A stretch of DNA of 64,000 nt from Amphiscolops sp. MND2022 (Eukaryota). Where the stretch lies: NCBI GenBank assembly GCA_964187785.1, contig OZ076416.1:27776001-27840000 (forward strand). Direction: 5' to 3'. Below are positions 23,301 through 34,070 of this stretch, piece after piece; the first letter of the stretch is position 1; every line of letters begins with the position of its first letter. Under the pieces are notes generated by a model that was not told the origin of the DNA, did no database searches, and saw only the letters and a list, made by a program, of their open reading frames with translations. The position numbers were made by a program, and so were the translations under genes.

Positions 23301-24415
23301 TCGTGTGGATTGCTTTTTGGGTTTATTTTTTCACAACGTTGAAGTTGCAATATTTGGTCGTAAATTTCACGTTGCAACGGTGACAAATTTGAAAGATCTG
23401 TACATGTTTCGGGAGTCGGAAACCAAAGTTTTGAGTAATCTGGTGGCGGCCGACCATTGTCAGTGTCAAATTTCTGAAAGTGGATATCTTGAATGAGCTG
23501 ATTAAGTTCATTTTCAAAATCGTCGGGTCTTCTAATTTTTGCGAGTGCCAATAATTGTGGATCTATTTCAAGGAGATACTCAGCCTGTGACTCGCTCAAA
23601 ATTTCGAAATGTGCAATTTGTTTTTTGCTATTTAGCGTAATCTGGGAATCGGACAAATTGATCGCTGATATGTATATTTTATTGTCATTATCCATCTTGC
23701 TCAGAGACGAAGTTAATGCAACATTGGCTTTGTCCTCCAGATTCTTGTTTGGAATTACTAATCCTGTGCAATTGGCGAACTGGTCAGTATATTCATCCAA
23801 ATAGCATTCAAGGAGGACTTGTTGCTGCGGTCCAATATTGACTTTTTTGCTCAATAGGATAGGTATATTTTTCATTTTTTTCACAAATTGTCGTTTTTTT
23901 CCAGCGTCCGGTTTCATTTCATTGAGTTGAACCGTAAAGTCGGGCAGTTTCAGTAAGTTGTTTTTGGGGTCTATCGTGATATTCTGTTTTTTAAAGGAAG
24001 AGTTTCCCAAAATTACACTATTCATTTTTGGTAGCACGAGAAAACTGTCCGTAAAGGAATGAATTCCAATACAGAATGTGAGATTCACCTGATTGTCAAC
24101 TGACACTCGTTGTCCTGAAGCCATGCGGACAGACGTATAATTTGGAGTTTCATTTTTAATTAAGTCGGGATGACTCAAACGTAATTCGTCGTATAAATTT
24201 TGAGGCAATGCATTAGCGCAGGCGCCTGTATCAATGAGGGCTCTCCGACGAATGTTCGGAGAAAATTTCAATTTAACGTAGGAAAGATTTTCACCTTCAA
24301 GAGGCAAAACAGCGCATATATCTGGCTTTTTTAATTCTATGTTACATGTGTGTGGCTCATTGGACTGGTTTTCATGTAGAGAAATAGACGGTGGAATCTT
24401 GTGCTGCGTTTTTAG
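20306..24415 (-). CDS. pol: Pol polyprotein (aspartic protease, RT, RNase H, integrase)
   Basis: ALIDTGA (PR), LDCSQAY and QFMDD (RT), LCDASYHG/TDNRSL (RNase H), H..H..C..C, QIDLVGP, SDLG and ER..S (integrase). The frame is open from the frameshift site at 24415. Confidence 0.95.
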   Translation of the reverse strand, partial: LKTQHKIPPSISLHENQSNEPHTCNIELKKPDICAVLPLEGENLSYVKLKFSPNIRRRALIDTGACANALPQNLYDELRLSHPDLIKNETPNYTSVRMASGQRVSVDNQVNLTFCIGIHSFTDSFLVLPKMNSVILGNSSFKKQNITIDPKNNLLKLPDFTVQLNEMKPDAGKKRQFVKKMKNIPILLSKKVNIGPQQQVLLECYLDEYTDQFANCTGLVIPNKNLEDKANVALTSSLSKMDNDNKIYISAINLSDSQITLNSKKQIAHFEILSESQAEYLLEIDPQLLALAKIRRPDDFENELNQLIQDIHFQKFDTDNGRPPPDYSKLWFPTPETCTDLSNLSPLQREIYDQILQLQRCEKINPKSNPHDRQECLKKFTWDTCVLSADEKSKLEDFLVEYHDVFAKHRFDVGYNTELKIKLTPAHQLPVYVQGPPAPIHLRDEILVELALLQYFNIITTLSHSKYSSPIFVHRKPYGKLRILIDLRRVNHLLRHDYLNSNFLISNMTDATNHFAGKKLFCKLDCSQAYHCVQMADDLSVQLLAFNFASRTFAYNCLAQGLNKSVTGFSSFVKHYLDKCLAANVCTQFMDDIAMGVNNFDEMTPALTKIFDCLRASGLKLSAHKCEFGTTKIDYLGSTITPKGISPEADKINKFLEKIRMPETVKQVKRLIGFVQFFRSFMPNLGQKLLPFYKLLRKDVEFKTTKEHSEALDLLKTDLRNATNSTLRLAKPGLQYVLLCDASYHGTGFVLMIEDYLLDQQGKEKKVYAPVSFGSRLFGPTQLKFSVYYKEFLALYFALDHFAHFIWGATKPVLVLTDNRSLTQFFQSKSIHPSLWNCLDRVLSFNILLAHIPGEAYSAADFLSRMQTDPTLTLSLKLTDRIPIKDIEIATEAKSPDVALSNISDRSPFPESVDDQADERLISQLKEFGLYEQFLQKTTEAQTTPSLDITGFYSFCQINQINLVSSEEFSDILDDLPNRSEPIDLALVQNQDEIIREVMQWKDRGSPDMSPNLPIALRKYRKQFPRLIIQDKVLYRLFYDDQGKVQHKQFCVPKSLWREVIYRLHNSPTAGHMGINKTVEEFRKRFYFPNFTEYLTSTIQNCLQCLQLKRVPSKNLKTPLQPVSLLKSYPGEMLQIDLVGPLQSLLYRYVLTGIDVFTKYLFAVPLTNGRSETVARELASIFFRHSYLPKTILSDLGTTFVSELMHELTKLLEIKLEHASLKHPQTVGVVERSHSALKRILKLNTTQQWNDWYKYVQLAAFIHNTYHFAIGTSPTTLFHCREPLKPLDLRFNNSSLARAQPTTEYVLALQDAMLQKFSAAKSKLTEMYNRYRAYYDYKATLRLRSATSKTILVLSSFESKTNDAVRFFE

Positions 24416-25725
24416 TTTTTTTGATTTTGATTGAACGGCATTTGGGCTCCTCGTTGTGGCGGGTTACCTTGCGCAGTACAATCTTTTGCTAGATGATTCG
24501 GATATCCGCAATTATAGCAAGTATGTGTTGATTGTTGTGTATAAGGCATGTAATGCGGATCCGGAGTAAAAACTTCAAATGTAGTTTGCGATGAACCTTG
24601 ATTGGAATTCCCTTGTTGAAAGTTTTCCTGATTATGATTTGACCATTGTTGCTGACTATTTTGATTCTGATTAAAATTTGAATTTTGGTAATTTTGATTT
24701 GACTGATTGTAATTTCTGCCGTAATTGTTCTGCCAAGGTCGTCCTCGAACTTGGTAACCTCGACCTCGGTTTCCACGGTTATTGCCGCGATACCGACCAC
24801 GGTAATTTCCTCGATTTCCGCGATAGCCTTGGCCACGATAGTTTTGAGAGCCGCGTTGCGAATTGTTTTGGTTTTGCTGATTTTGTAACTGAGTGGTAAA
24901 ATTCGTAGCTTGCTCTTCTAGTTTTTTGGACATTTCGTTCAGTCGATTGTCCATAGTTTCTTGACTATGGCTCAATTTTGTAAGAGCTGTAACTAAAGTA
25001 TCAGATACTGAAGGGCGCACTTCACTGAAAGCATCCATAACCGAATCTTCAACTTCACAAAGGTTATAGATCGAAAGTTGTTTCCGAGCAAATATACACA
25101 AATCTTCAACCGTTGTATTTTCCGGTTGTTCCAAAAGTTTCGCTCGAAGCCAGCCCGGCATATTTTTTATAAATTGTCTCCGAATCTGAGTGGAGCGCGC
25201 TTGTTGCGCTGAATGAATTATTTCGGCTCTTCTGGCGGTTTCAGAATCAAATCGTGTTTGTTCGACTGCTGCGTCCGGCGCGGCACCGTCAATTGGTGCT
25301 ACTGCGGGTGGATTTGGGTCGGGATAAGCTTTAAGTGCTTTCGTTTGTAACGTGACTAAAAAATTCTCTGGATTGTCTGTTTTGGGATCGAATTTTAAGT
25401 TTTCCAATTTAAGAACATGCAATTCCTGAAGTCTTGGATTACAAAAGTGATCACGAAGAGCTGTCAAAGAGAGGTCTAAGTCCGCACGTGTTGCTACCGG
25501 TAGTGTTTGAAAATAGCGGAGCGCAGCGTCTCTAAGATGAAGTTGTAAAAAGTTGGCTTGCTGCGCTTGCGGTACCGCAGCTACTGCTAAGATACTTCGT
25601 AACAAATGTTCGAATTCACGAAAATTTTCCTTTTCTAAACCCGAGTAGGGTGTTAGCGAGAGTTGAGGTAAAGCAGCCATGATTTGAAAAGTTAAGTGTA
25701 AAATAAAGAGTGACGAATAAGACAA
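24412..25725 (-). CDS. gag: Gag with C-terminal CCHC zinc knuckle
   Basis: 437-aa ORF upstream of pol, with an RG/N/Q-rich nucleocapsid region and CYNCGYPNHLAKDC. Confidence 0.92.
   Translation of the reverse strand: MSYSSLFILHLTFQIMAALPQLSLTPYSGLEKENFREFEHLLRSILAVAAVPQAQQANFLQLHLRDAALRYFQTLPVATRADLDLSLTALRDHFCNPRLQELHVLKLENLKFDPKTDNPENFLVTLQTKALKAYPDPNPPAVAPIDGAAPDAAVEQTRFDSETARRAEIIHSAQQARSTQIRRQFIKNMPGWLRAKLLEQPENTTVEDLCIFARKQLSIYNLCEVEDSVMDAFSEVRPSVSDTLVTALTKLSHSQETMDNRLNEMSKKLEEQATNFTTQLQNQQNQNNSQRGSQNYRGQGYRGNRGNYRGRYRGNNRGNRGRGYQVRGRPWQNNYGRNYNQSNQNYQNSNFNQNQNSQQQWSNHNQENFQQGNSNQGSSQTTFEVFTPDPHYMPYTQQSTHTCYNCGYPNHLAKDCTAQGNPPQRGAQMPFNQNQKN
24415..24421 (-). promoter_or_regulatory. -1 ribosomal frameshift slippery site A_AAA_AAC (gag-pol)
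   Basis: Heptamer is in the correct phase immediately before the gag TAA. The -1 frame is stop-free and continuous with pol. Confidence 0.8.
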
Positions 25726-26373
25726 ACTAAGATTGTAGTGAAGAAAAAATTGAAAAATTGTCGATCAAAGTATGTAAAATGCAGTCGAACACTGATGTGT
25801 AGTTTGTACTTCGAAAACTGAACAACGAATATGATACTTTCAAGGCGAAACAAGAAAGATTTGAGATCAAATTTAAAAGGTTTTTGCAACAACTACAATT
25901 TGCAGTGAAAAAAGGAAATTTGCCTTTGGAAAAAAGTAAAAAGTTTGCAGAAATTCACAGTTGAGTTTCTGAAAGAGTAACAGCTGTGAGACACAGTTCA
26001 GTTGAAAATGAAAACAGTTGAAACACTCATGAAATTCGAAATTTACACTATATCACTTTACTGCTTCAGAATTGAATCAAACTCACCGACTGTATTCGTA
26101 CTGGCACTTTGAAGTCATCATGAAATTGAATACAGATATAGGAGCATCAAAATTCGCCCAAGTGGAGAAAGTCACCAAAACTCATCTTTGATTTCTGTAG
26201 TTTCCAGTTTCTGCCGTGCCGTGTTTGTTTCAGTTATTACAGCCTCGTGGATCTGGTGCTGGTCGTGGATGATGTGGCTGGAACACCGCGGGTGGTTGGT
26301 CGGGTGTCTCGTGTGAGCTTTTCAACACAAAAAGGAGAGTTCTTCTCTGTATTGCATAATGAGGATTGTTTTG

Positions 26374-26385
26374 CTCCTGTCACCA
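26374..26385 (-). promoter_or_regulatory. Primer-binding site TGGTGACAGGAG (tRNA-Leu-like)
   Basis: Begins on the last base of the 5' LTR. Differs at one base from the complement of the vertebrate tRNA-Leu(CAG) 3' end (TGGTGTCAGGAG). Confidence 0.7.
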
Positions 26386-26717
26386 ACTTATATCTCTACT
26401 TTTAAGATGAGTATTTATGGCTGGCGGCTGGATGCAGGAATGGAGAGCAGCCAAGTCTTCGGAACATGGATCACAATCCTCAGATTAGTTCTCAATCTTC
26501 TTATTTGAAAACACAACCATGCAATTCTCTAGTTATTGTCAGCACTGATGTTTTTGTATTAATAAGTGTTATTATAGTTATTTGTTTAAAGATGCTGATC
26601 AAATAGTTAAAAGGTTAAAGTTCTGTCATAGGTAAAATAGTTTTAAGGTCAAATATTTAAGAGTTCTTTCAATCAGTTCTTTTGTCCTCAACAACGGAAT
26701 GTTTCAGCTATGTTACA
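26385..26717 (-). repeat. 5' LTR (333 bp)
   Basis: Direct repeat of 12293-12625, followed by the TSD CGAC. Confidence 0.97.
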
Positions 26718-26959
26718 CGACATTTTCGACATTGGGTTAAAACTCCTATTTACTGACGATTATTTCACACAGATCCGAAACCATGTTTTTGTCCGAGGAT
26801 AACCATCCATTCAGACTTCTCTACGTCAAATTCGTCAGTGTAAAAAAAGCTGGTACAGTCGACCTCGATATAACGAACCATTGATACAACGTAACTCTCG
26901 TTAAAACGCAATTTGATTTCTAAACCAATAGAAATCAAGTACACATTCAAGTACAGAAC

Positions 26960-28442
26960 AAGACGAGAACGTCTAAAGTCGGCGCTATATCTAAGGCTCA
27001 AAAAGCGCAAAACATTTTTTTTGCGAAAAACTGGAAATTTTTCTCTTTCGGAAAATGTCACACAGTGCCAAAAAATGTAAAAGAGCGGACCCTTTTTGAT
27101 TTATAAACATGCATTCCGTTGCAAAATAACAAAAAAACTCAAAGGGGGGACTTTTTAGTTCCGTCGGGTTTTGTAGGTTAGCTTTGGGGGGACCCTTTGC
27201 ACTAAGTTTGCCTTGGCCCCTTGGCCAGACTTGGCGCCTTAGGTGGTTTCAGGATTGTTTCTAAAAAGGGGATCGATCAGTGTGAGGATTGTAGTCTGAA
27301 GAAAAAACAAGCCGGGAACGGCCCAAGTCGGCGCCATATCTAAGGCTCAAAAACAGCAAAAGGACTTCAAAGTATTCTCTTCTACGGTACCGGAAAAACC
27401 CAAAAGTTGAACCGAATTGGCGCACCAGAGGGGACACTTTTTTCATCCATTCTGTAGCAAATCATCAAAAAAACTGGGGGCACTTTTGGTGAAAAAAAAT
27501 TTTTGAAAAAAAGTCTCACAATGCCGAAAAAACTGAAAAGGGGACCCTTTGGTATTTTTCAACATCCGTTCTGTCGGAAAACTCCAAAAAAATGAAGGGG
27601 GACCCTTTGGGGAATTTTTTTTTCGAAAAAAGTCTCACAGAGCCGAAAATACTCTAAGGGAGTACCCTTTGGTCCCTTTGAGTTTCTTAGATGATGTAAA
27701 AATAATACTTCGCAAGCTTCTAAAATATTTTAAATTTGCGAATTCTTAAGTAAGAAGTGTAAGATTTTAAGATTGTAAGAATTGTAAGAAAAGTGAACCG
27801 ATCAGTGTGAGGATTGTAGTCTGAAGAAGCAAGACGAGAACGTCTAAAGTCGGCGCCATATCTAAGGCTCAAAAAGCGCAAAACATTTTTTTTGGAAAAA
27901 AAACTTGTAATTTTTGGAAAAAAATTCTTTCAAAAAAGTCGCATAGTACCGAAAAATGTAGACGGGGGGACCCTTTGGGATTGATTAACATACATTCAGT
28001 TGCAAAATATGAGAAAACTCGAAGGGGGGACCCTTTTGAGACATTAAAAAATTTTTCGAAAAAAAAGTCTCACAGAGCCGAAAATACTGTAAGGAGGGCG
28101 TACCCTTTGGTCCATTTGAGTTTCTTAGATGATGTAAAAATACTACTTCGCAAGCTTTTGCGCCAGTATTTTAAATTTGTAAGTAAGAATTGTAAGATTT
28201 CAAGATTGTAAGAATTGTAAGAAAAGTGGACCTTTCAGTGTGACGATTGTAGTCTGAAGAAAAAAAGAAAAAAAAGGTCACTGCTACAGTCGGGCATTTT
28301 TCCTTAAAAGGATAAAGCGCCGACTAAAAAAAGGTCACTGCTATAGTCGGGCATTTTTCCTTGAAAGGATAAAGCGCCGACTAAAAAGGTCACTGCTATA
28401 GTCGGGCATTTTTCCTTAAAAAGGTAAAGCGCCGATTAAAAA
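26960..28442 (-). mobile_element. Cluster of nested/tandem HINE-like family A copies
   Basis: Three 3'-end modules (about 26962, 27309 and 27832) and three tandem 5'-end units (28276-28442). Confidence 0.7.
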
Positions 28443-30361
28443 CAGGCCCCTGCGGGGCACAATTTCTGCATTTAGGCTGTCATCTTCAATAATAGAAGCA
28501 TATCTTAATCATTTATATAGCGCACAATTAATCACTACCAGCTTACACCGCCTTTAATTCTTCTCTAAAAAGAAAATATAACTACTCAGCGTAGACGAAG
28601 TTTCGCATTCACATGTGAATACAGGCGAAGCTCTCGGCGAACGAATAATTAACACTCGTTCGCTTCATCTCAATAACTCGGCGTACGAAAGCATAATTAC
28701 GAACATTCGCTCGCTTCATCTCAATGAATTCGGCGTACGAATGCATAATTACCACTCCCTCGCTCGCTCTAGTTTGAGAAATTTAAATCTCACGCTTATA
28801 CTCACTGCCGAACAAAATGTCTGAATTTTTCAGTATCACGACGAGAATTGTACTGAACAAAAAAAGGAAATCTTGAGGTTTCAATAATATTCCTTCTATC
28901 GCAGAAATAATTAAAAGTATTCGAAACAGCGTAAACTCCTTTTAACGTAAACAATGAGATACTCCCTAAGAGGTGCGGTAAACCTAGGTCCGACTGTAAT
29001 TGGTTTCCGCTCATATTTGAGAATCAATGACCGATTAAACGGAACAAACAATATCATCGTTTCCCGTCCTCGGAAAAGCGCAACAATCGCATTTTAATTT
29101 TTTGCTGCATGTGAAGTTTCGAGTGCTTTAACAAGCGGGAATTTTCCGCTCTGAACTACTTCAACTATTACCTACCTGTAGGGCGCGAGCGAAGCTGGCT
29201 AATAAAATTTTTGTTTCGGTGGTGTTTCATTCAAAGAAAACAGTTCAAAAGTAGGACAGAAAATGCATCCAGAAGGCAAAAAAGTCCAAAAAGAACAGCT
29301 GAAACACGTTGGTTCATTCGACGCGATTCCTTGATTGGAAAATTGGGAACGTTTTTCCAAAATAGTATGCTTAGCAGCTAAACAACCTGAAGTTGAACGA
29401 TGCGGATTTTCTTACCCATAAATATTCTGCGCAAAATGGTCGAAATTTGACTATTTTGACACTTTTGCTGTTTTTTGGAAATTTCGAAGCTTTTTATATA
29501 TCAAAATACTGATTTCTCTTCTAAAAAGTTTGCTAATTGGTACCTACTTTGTGTTCGAACTGAGTGTAATGTACTACTCATCAACACGTGCAAGAAGTAG
29601 ACAAAAACTGCACAGAAAATATCAAAAATTGGAAAAACAATTGCTACTTTGTGGGCATTTCGAGGCCTTTATATCTGATGAAACTCGGATTTTTCTTTAA
29701 AGTGAGCTAAGTAGGTTACTTATGTTGTCTTTAAAGTCTGTGCATAGTGAAAGCGACCAAAACATTCAGAAATCGGTCACAAGTTTTCCGGGAATTGAGG
29801 CAAATTAGATGTTCAGATACACCAATTGAATAAGATATGATCTACACTTCATATTCAACACGCAATATTGGTAAAAAAACCTTACTTGTTTCATAAATTT
29901 GCATAATTTCATAATTATGTGATATATCTTATATAAGATATGTAATCATAATTTCATAAATCCAATTTACTTTTTGACATGGATGAACTGTTTGATCTAC
30001 GAATCCGTAGTTTCTGACTTTCGTTCTGAGCACCTGAACAATTGGAATGCGCTCTCTTCACTTTCGAGTTGGTTCATTCGAAGACGTCGAAATAATATAA
30101 ATAGATATTGCGTCATGACGTACACGCATTTGATTCGCTCATATAGGCAAATCATATTTACGCATATCATATGCCGCATATGCTTGTTGTTTTTTGGACG
30201 GAATGCCACGAAATAAACTCAGAGGTGCTGCTTTTGTCAAAACCCTGAAAGGTTCGGGAAAGGTATGGGATTTCTTGGAGGAAGAAAACTTGATTGTTTG
30301 CAAGTTATGTCCCCAGCGTTTCGACTACTCTGCAGACAATGTTACTTTTCATATTAAAGAA

Positions 30362-30630
30362 GACGTGAACGTCCAAAGTCCACGCTATATCCAAGGCTCA
30401 AAAAGCGCAAAGTTTTTAAACCTGTAAAAGGGGGACCCTTCGGGTTTTTTGAAAATCCAGTTTGTTGCAAAATATCAAATATATTGAAGGGGGCCGAATA
30501 AAGACTGTACTGACGAGTACACGTGAACGAGTGAAGTCTGTAAAAAGTGGTACATACACGATGAGGTCTGACAAAAAAAGGAAAAAAACTAATAGTCGGA
30601 CTCTTTTCACTAGAAAAGCGCCGACTAAAA
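30362..30630 (-). mobile_element. HINE-like family A copy inserted in the hAT Zn-finger coding region
   Basis: GACG-TGAA-CGTC stem at the left and GCGCCGACTAAAA at the right. The flanks rejoin as about FHIK(K)HVLSEKH. Confidence 0.65.
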
Positions 30631-31400
30631 CATGTTCTGAGCGAGAAGCACAAGCGTAATTTTGCTTCGAACGCCAGTAGACAACAAAAACTGGCTTTTG
30701 GGGCAGAAAAAGGAAGGAACCTCTTTTATACAGACTTACTACAAGCATTCATCGCAGCAAATATCCCGCTAAAAAAACTTGAGAACGAGGTGTTTTCATC
30801 GTTCCTCGAAGTGTACACCGGGACAAAACTACCAGATGAATCCACTCTACGGAAAAACTACCTGGGCGAGGAAAGTTCCGCTGCTTTACAATCAATTACT
30901 ACAAAACTCAAAGATAAATGTTTCTACGTACAAATTGATGAGTGCACCGACAGCTGCGGCCGTTTTATTATTGCTATTCTAATCGGCAGTCTTGAAGAGG
31001 GTTCAGTTACAGTTCCTTATCTCGTGGAAATTGTGGAATGCCAAGTTACGAACCATTCAACAATTATTCAAGTTATCATGGACATACAGTACAGAGTTTT
31101 TGGCAGCGTTCACCATGAAAAGTTTACCTTATTGTTGAGCGATGGAGCTAGTTATATGATGAAGGCAGGAAAAATTCGAGAAAAATTCCCTAAAATGTTA
31201 CATGTTACCTGCTCAGCACACTGTATTCAACGCCTGACGGAATTCATTAAATCGAAATTTGAACGCCAAGATAAATTTATAAAACGCACTAAAGCGTCTT
31301 TTAACAACACAAGGCGACTACGGCTTTTTAAAGAAAGAACTGGACTAACGAGACCACCTCAACCAGTGGAGTCAAGGTGGGGTACTTGGCAGGGGGCATG

Positions 31401-31724
31401 TTTTTAGTCTTTTATGCTTCCAAAAGTAGAGGGGAGACCAAAGGGTCCCCCCTTTGCGGTTTTTTTCGGCACTATGCGACATTTTTTCAGAAAATTTTTG
31501 AATTCTATCAAATACCCCTTGAATTTTTTGAAGTTTTCAATTTGTAAAAAACGTTTAATAAGCCTAAAGGGTATCTATTTGGGTTTTTCGGCAATATGCG
31601 ACTTTTTTTCACCAAATACTATTTTTGACACAAAAAAACTTCCAAGTTTTTCCAATTGGTGGTCCTTGAATATTTTTGACCTTTTTGGTCATATGAAGCC
31701 GACTTGGGCCGTTCCCGGCTTGTT
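31401..31724 (+). mobile_element. HINE-like family A copy inserted in the hAT transposase
   Basis: TTTTTAGTC at the start and GCCGACTTGGGCCGTTCCCGGCTTGTT at the end. Confidence 0.65.
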
Positions 31725-31984
31725 ATATTTCTGAAAACTTTCATATTATCGCGCAATTCAACAACTCTGAATCCGAAGATGAAGACTGTCGATTTGAGGA
31801 TTTTGATTGAACTCTGCAATTTTCAGACACTCAAGGAAGAATTCGATTTTGTAACATCCACTTTCCTTGTTGCTCATCAGACAAAAAAGCAGTTGCAAGC
31901 GCGAGTAAATGTTCTCCAGACATTCGGCATATTGCAAGTTTTGATTGAAGAAGTTAATTTCGAGCCTTTTTCTGGTAAACTTAA

Positions 31985-32383
31985 CCCTTTTCTACATATT
32001 GTAGCGTCAACGCAACAAACCACGGAATTAGTTTTAGAAAACTATTCATTCACTCTACAGCTATAAATAGCACACTATATTGAAGCTGAGATCGTTTTCT
32101 ATTGGCTGATATAAATTTTCTTCAAAATCCGAGCCGCCTAGCGGCCAGTAGAACAAGCTTTATATGTCAAGAAAAGTTCAAATTTGACGCGTAATGTATT
32201 AAATTTTCTATAGAAACGTCTCTTTACATGTTTAAGTATAGGAAAAAGAAGGTCCGTTTTCTTGAAATGGGTTGGCTGAAAAAAATCTGATTTTTTGTTT
32301 CATTGAACTTTGAGTGAAATGAACAGGTTTGGGTATTTTGAAACTTATATAGGCCTCTCAGAAAAAAGTCATGCAGAAGAAGG
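31985..32383. mobile_element. piggyBac-like MITE in the hAT transposase
   Basis: TTAA | CCCTTTTCTACAT ... ATGCAGAAGAAGG | TTAA. Removing it restores the frame (SGKLKTFFDINPDF). Confidence 0.75.
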
Positions 32384-34070
32384 TTAAAACTTTTTTTGAT
32401 ATAAACCCAGATTTTGCAATCTTACAACATTTTGAAGGGCTTCTGAAAAACAGAGTAACAGAAGCAGATTACATGAAAGCTGTCAAGTACAGAAATGCCC
32501 CTTGGTATCATGCGAAATTGAACGATTATTCTCCGTTATGAATGCTACGCTAACCAACAGACGCCAATCGTTGACTGTTGAAAACTTGAAGCACATTTTG
32601 GTTCTTAATTGGTACCTGAATCATTGTTATTGAATTTTTGTTAACGCAACTTTTTTCCAGAAAGGCGCAACTTTTAGCGCAATTTTTGCCTTCTCTAAAC
32701 GCAACAAAATCCGCCCTCTGGATCCAACTTTTGAATTTATTCTTTAAACGTTCAGTTGTATCCATTGATTTTTATTCAATCTTATCTTGATTATACTCAT
32801 TTTATTCGAATTCGCCTAACTTTGATAGAGATACAACAGATTTGTTCATACCCGCTCCTATAACATTTAGATGTTATTCACGAGCCAAAATTAATTCATC
32901 TCAAAGATGTTCGCTTTCTTTGATTATGGCAATTAAACGAACTCCTGATACTTCGAAATTTGTCAAAAACTAAGTCAACATCTACCAAATTTAGATGCAC
33001 CTTTGAGCACAATTTTTATGACTTTCAATTTACACTTCCAATGAGTTCGATTGGAGGATTGAGAGAAAACGAACCGATTTGCTGCAACTATACGTGTTCT
33101 AAAGAGATCGTAACTATAATCAGAAAAACTAACTGGAAGACGGCTAATTTTTTCTATCGAGTGCTCGATCATGAAAAACAATGAAAAAGAATCATCTAGG
33201 CAATGCAGCACCCTCACAAGTAAAACTGTAAAATTATAATGAACTGAACGGATGGTTCAAAGACAACAGGTCTTTTGACGCCTGATAGGAAAGAAAAATT
33301 ATCATTCCCGTTCTAGACGAAGAAAAAGCGGATCAAGTGAACAAATTGGGAAAGTGTGTGTCTACGTTACAGATAAGCTTGATATTGCACGAATAATATT
33401 CATGCAAATAAGCCTCATCAGTGAAACGTTAAATTGGAGCTTATCAGTCTGGGTCTGAGATTGAATTACACGCCTCCCAATATTCCCCAAAAATTTAACG
33501 AAATATGTAGATGTAAAAATTTGAATAAAAAACATCGAGAGATAAAAGCGAATGTAACATGCAGTAAGTAAGTTACATTATCAAAAATATGCAAAGAAAA
33601 CAACTTCCTTTGATGTTCTTGGATGATTTGAATGCTTGATTAAAGAATCAATGGAACTTCGAATTTTATAATTCAGAAGAAACTAAAAAAGCAGTAATTA
33701 CTTACTTATAGTATTAGATTCGAATGTAACTTTCAACTAACGTTCAGTTTTTCTTTCCAATTTCCGAATTGTTGCCTATTCAAGTTACACTGAAAAAAAA
33801 TACTTTCGTGGTTTCTCGAAAATGGTTTCGTGAACAAAGTACAAACAAATACATAGAATAATATTTCAGCCAACAATATAATAAATATATCTTCTGTAAT
33901 CAGTTTTGTCCCCAAATGGTTCAGAATCAGCTTAGAAACTTTTCAGCCAAAATAGTTTCCAGAAAAATAGTTTCAGCCAAAAAGTCAAATGAGCTCAAAC
34001 TTTTCCTCGTTTCAGTTGAAGATGATAATTCCACGAATGTGAACGAGAGACAAGATGATGACGTCATTTA

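Larger units (their letters stand above)
12293..26717 (-). mobile_element. Full-length env-bearing Ty3/Gypsy (Metaviridae-like) LTR retroelement, 14,425 bp
   Basis: Two 333-bp LTRs, 4-bp TSD CGAC (12289-12292 and 26718-26721), PBS, PPT, gag, PR-RT-RH-IN pol, and env. Confidence 0.97.
30194..32633 (+). pseudogene. hAT-superfamily transposase (CGGBP1/BED-finger type) interrupted by three insertions
   Basis: CKLC...H.K.H...KH Zn finger, QIDECTD, LLSDGASYM, HVTCSAH, PVESRWGTW, and the dimerisation motif CEIERLFSVMNATLTNRRQSLTVENL. The pieces join after removing 30362-30630, 31401-31724 and 31985-32383. Confidence 0.8.

Noticed and set aside
28276-28442. CRISPR-like array
   Set aside because: The units are head-to-tail with no unique spacers, match the terminus of a dispersed transposon family, and lie in eukaryotic DNA with no cas genes.
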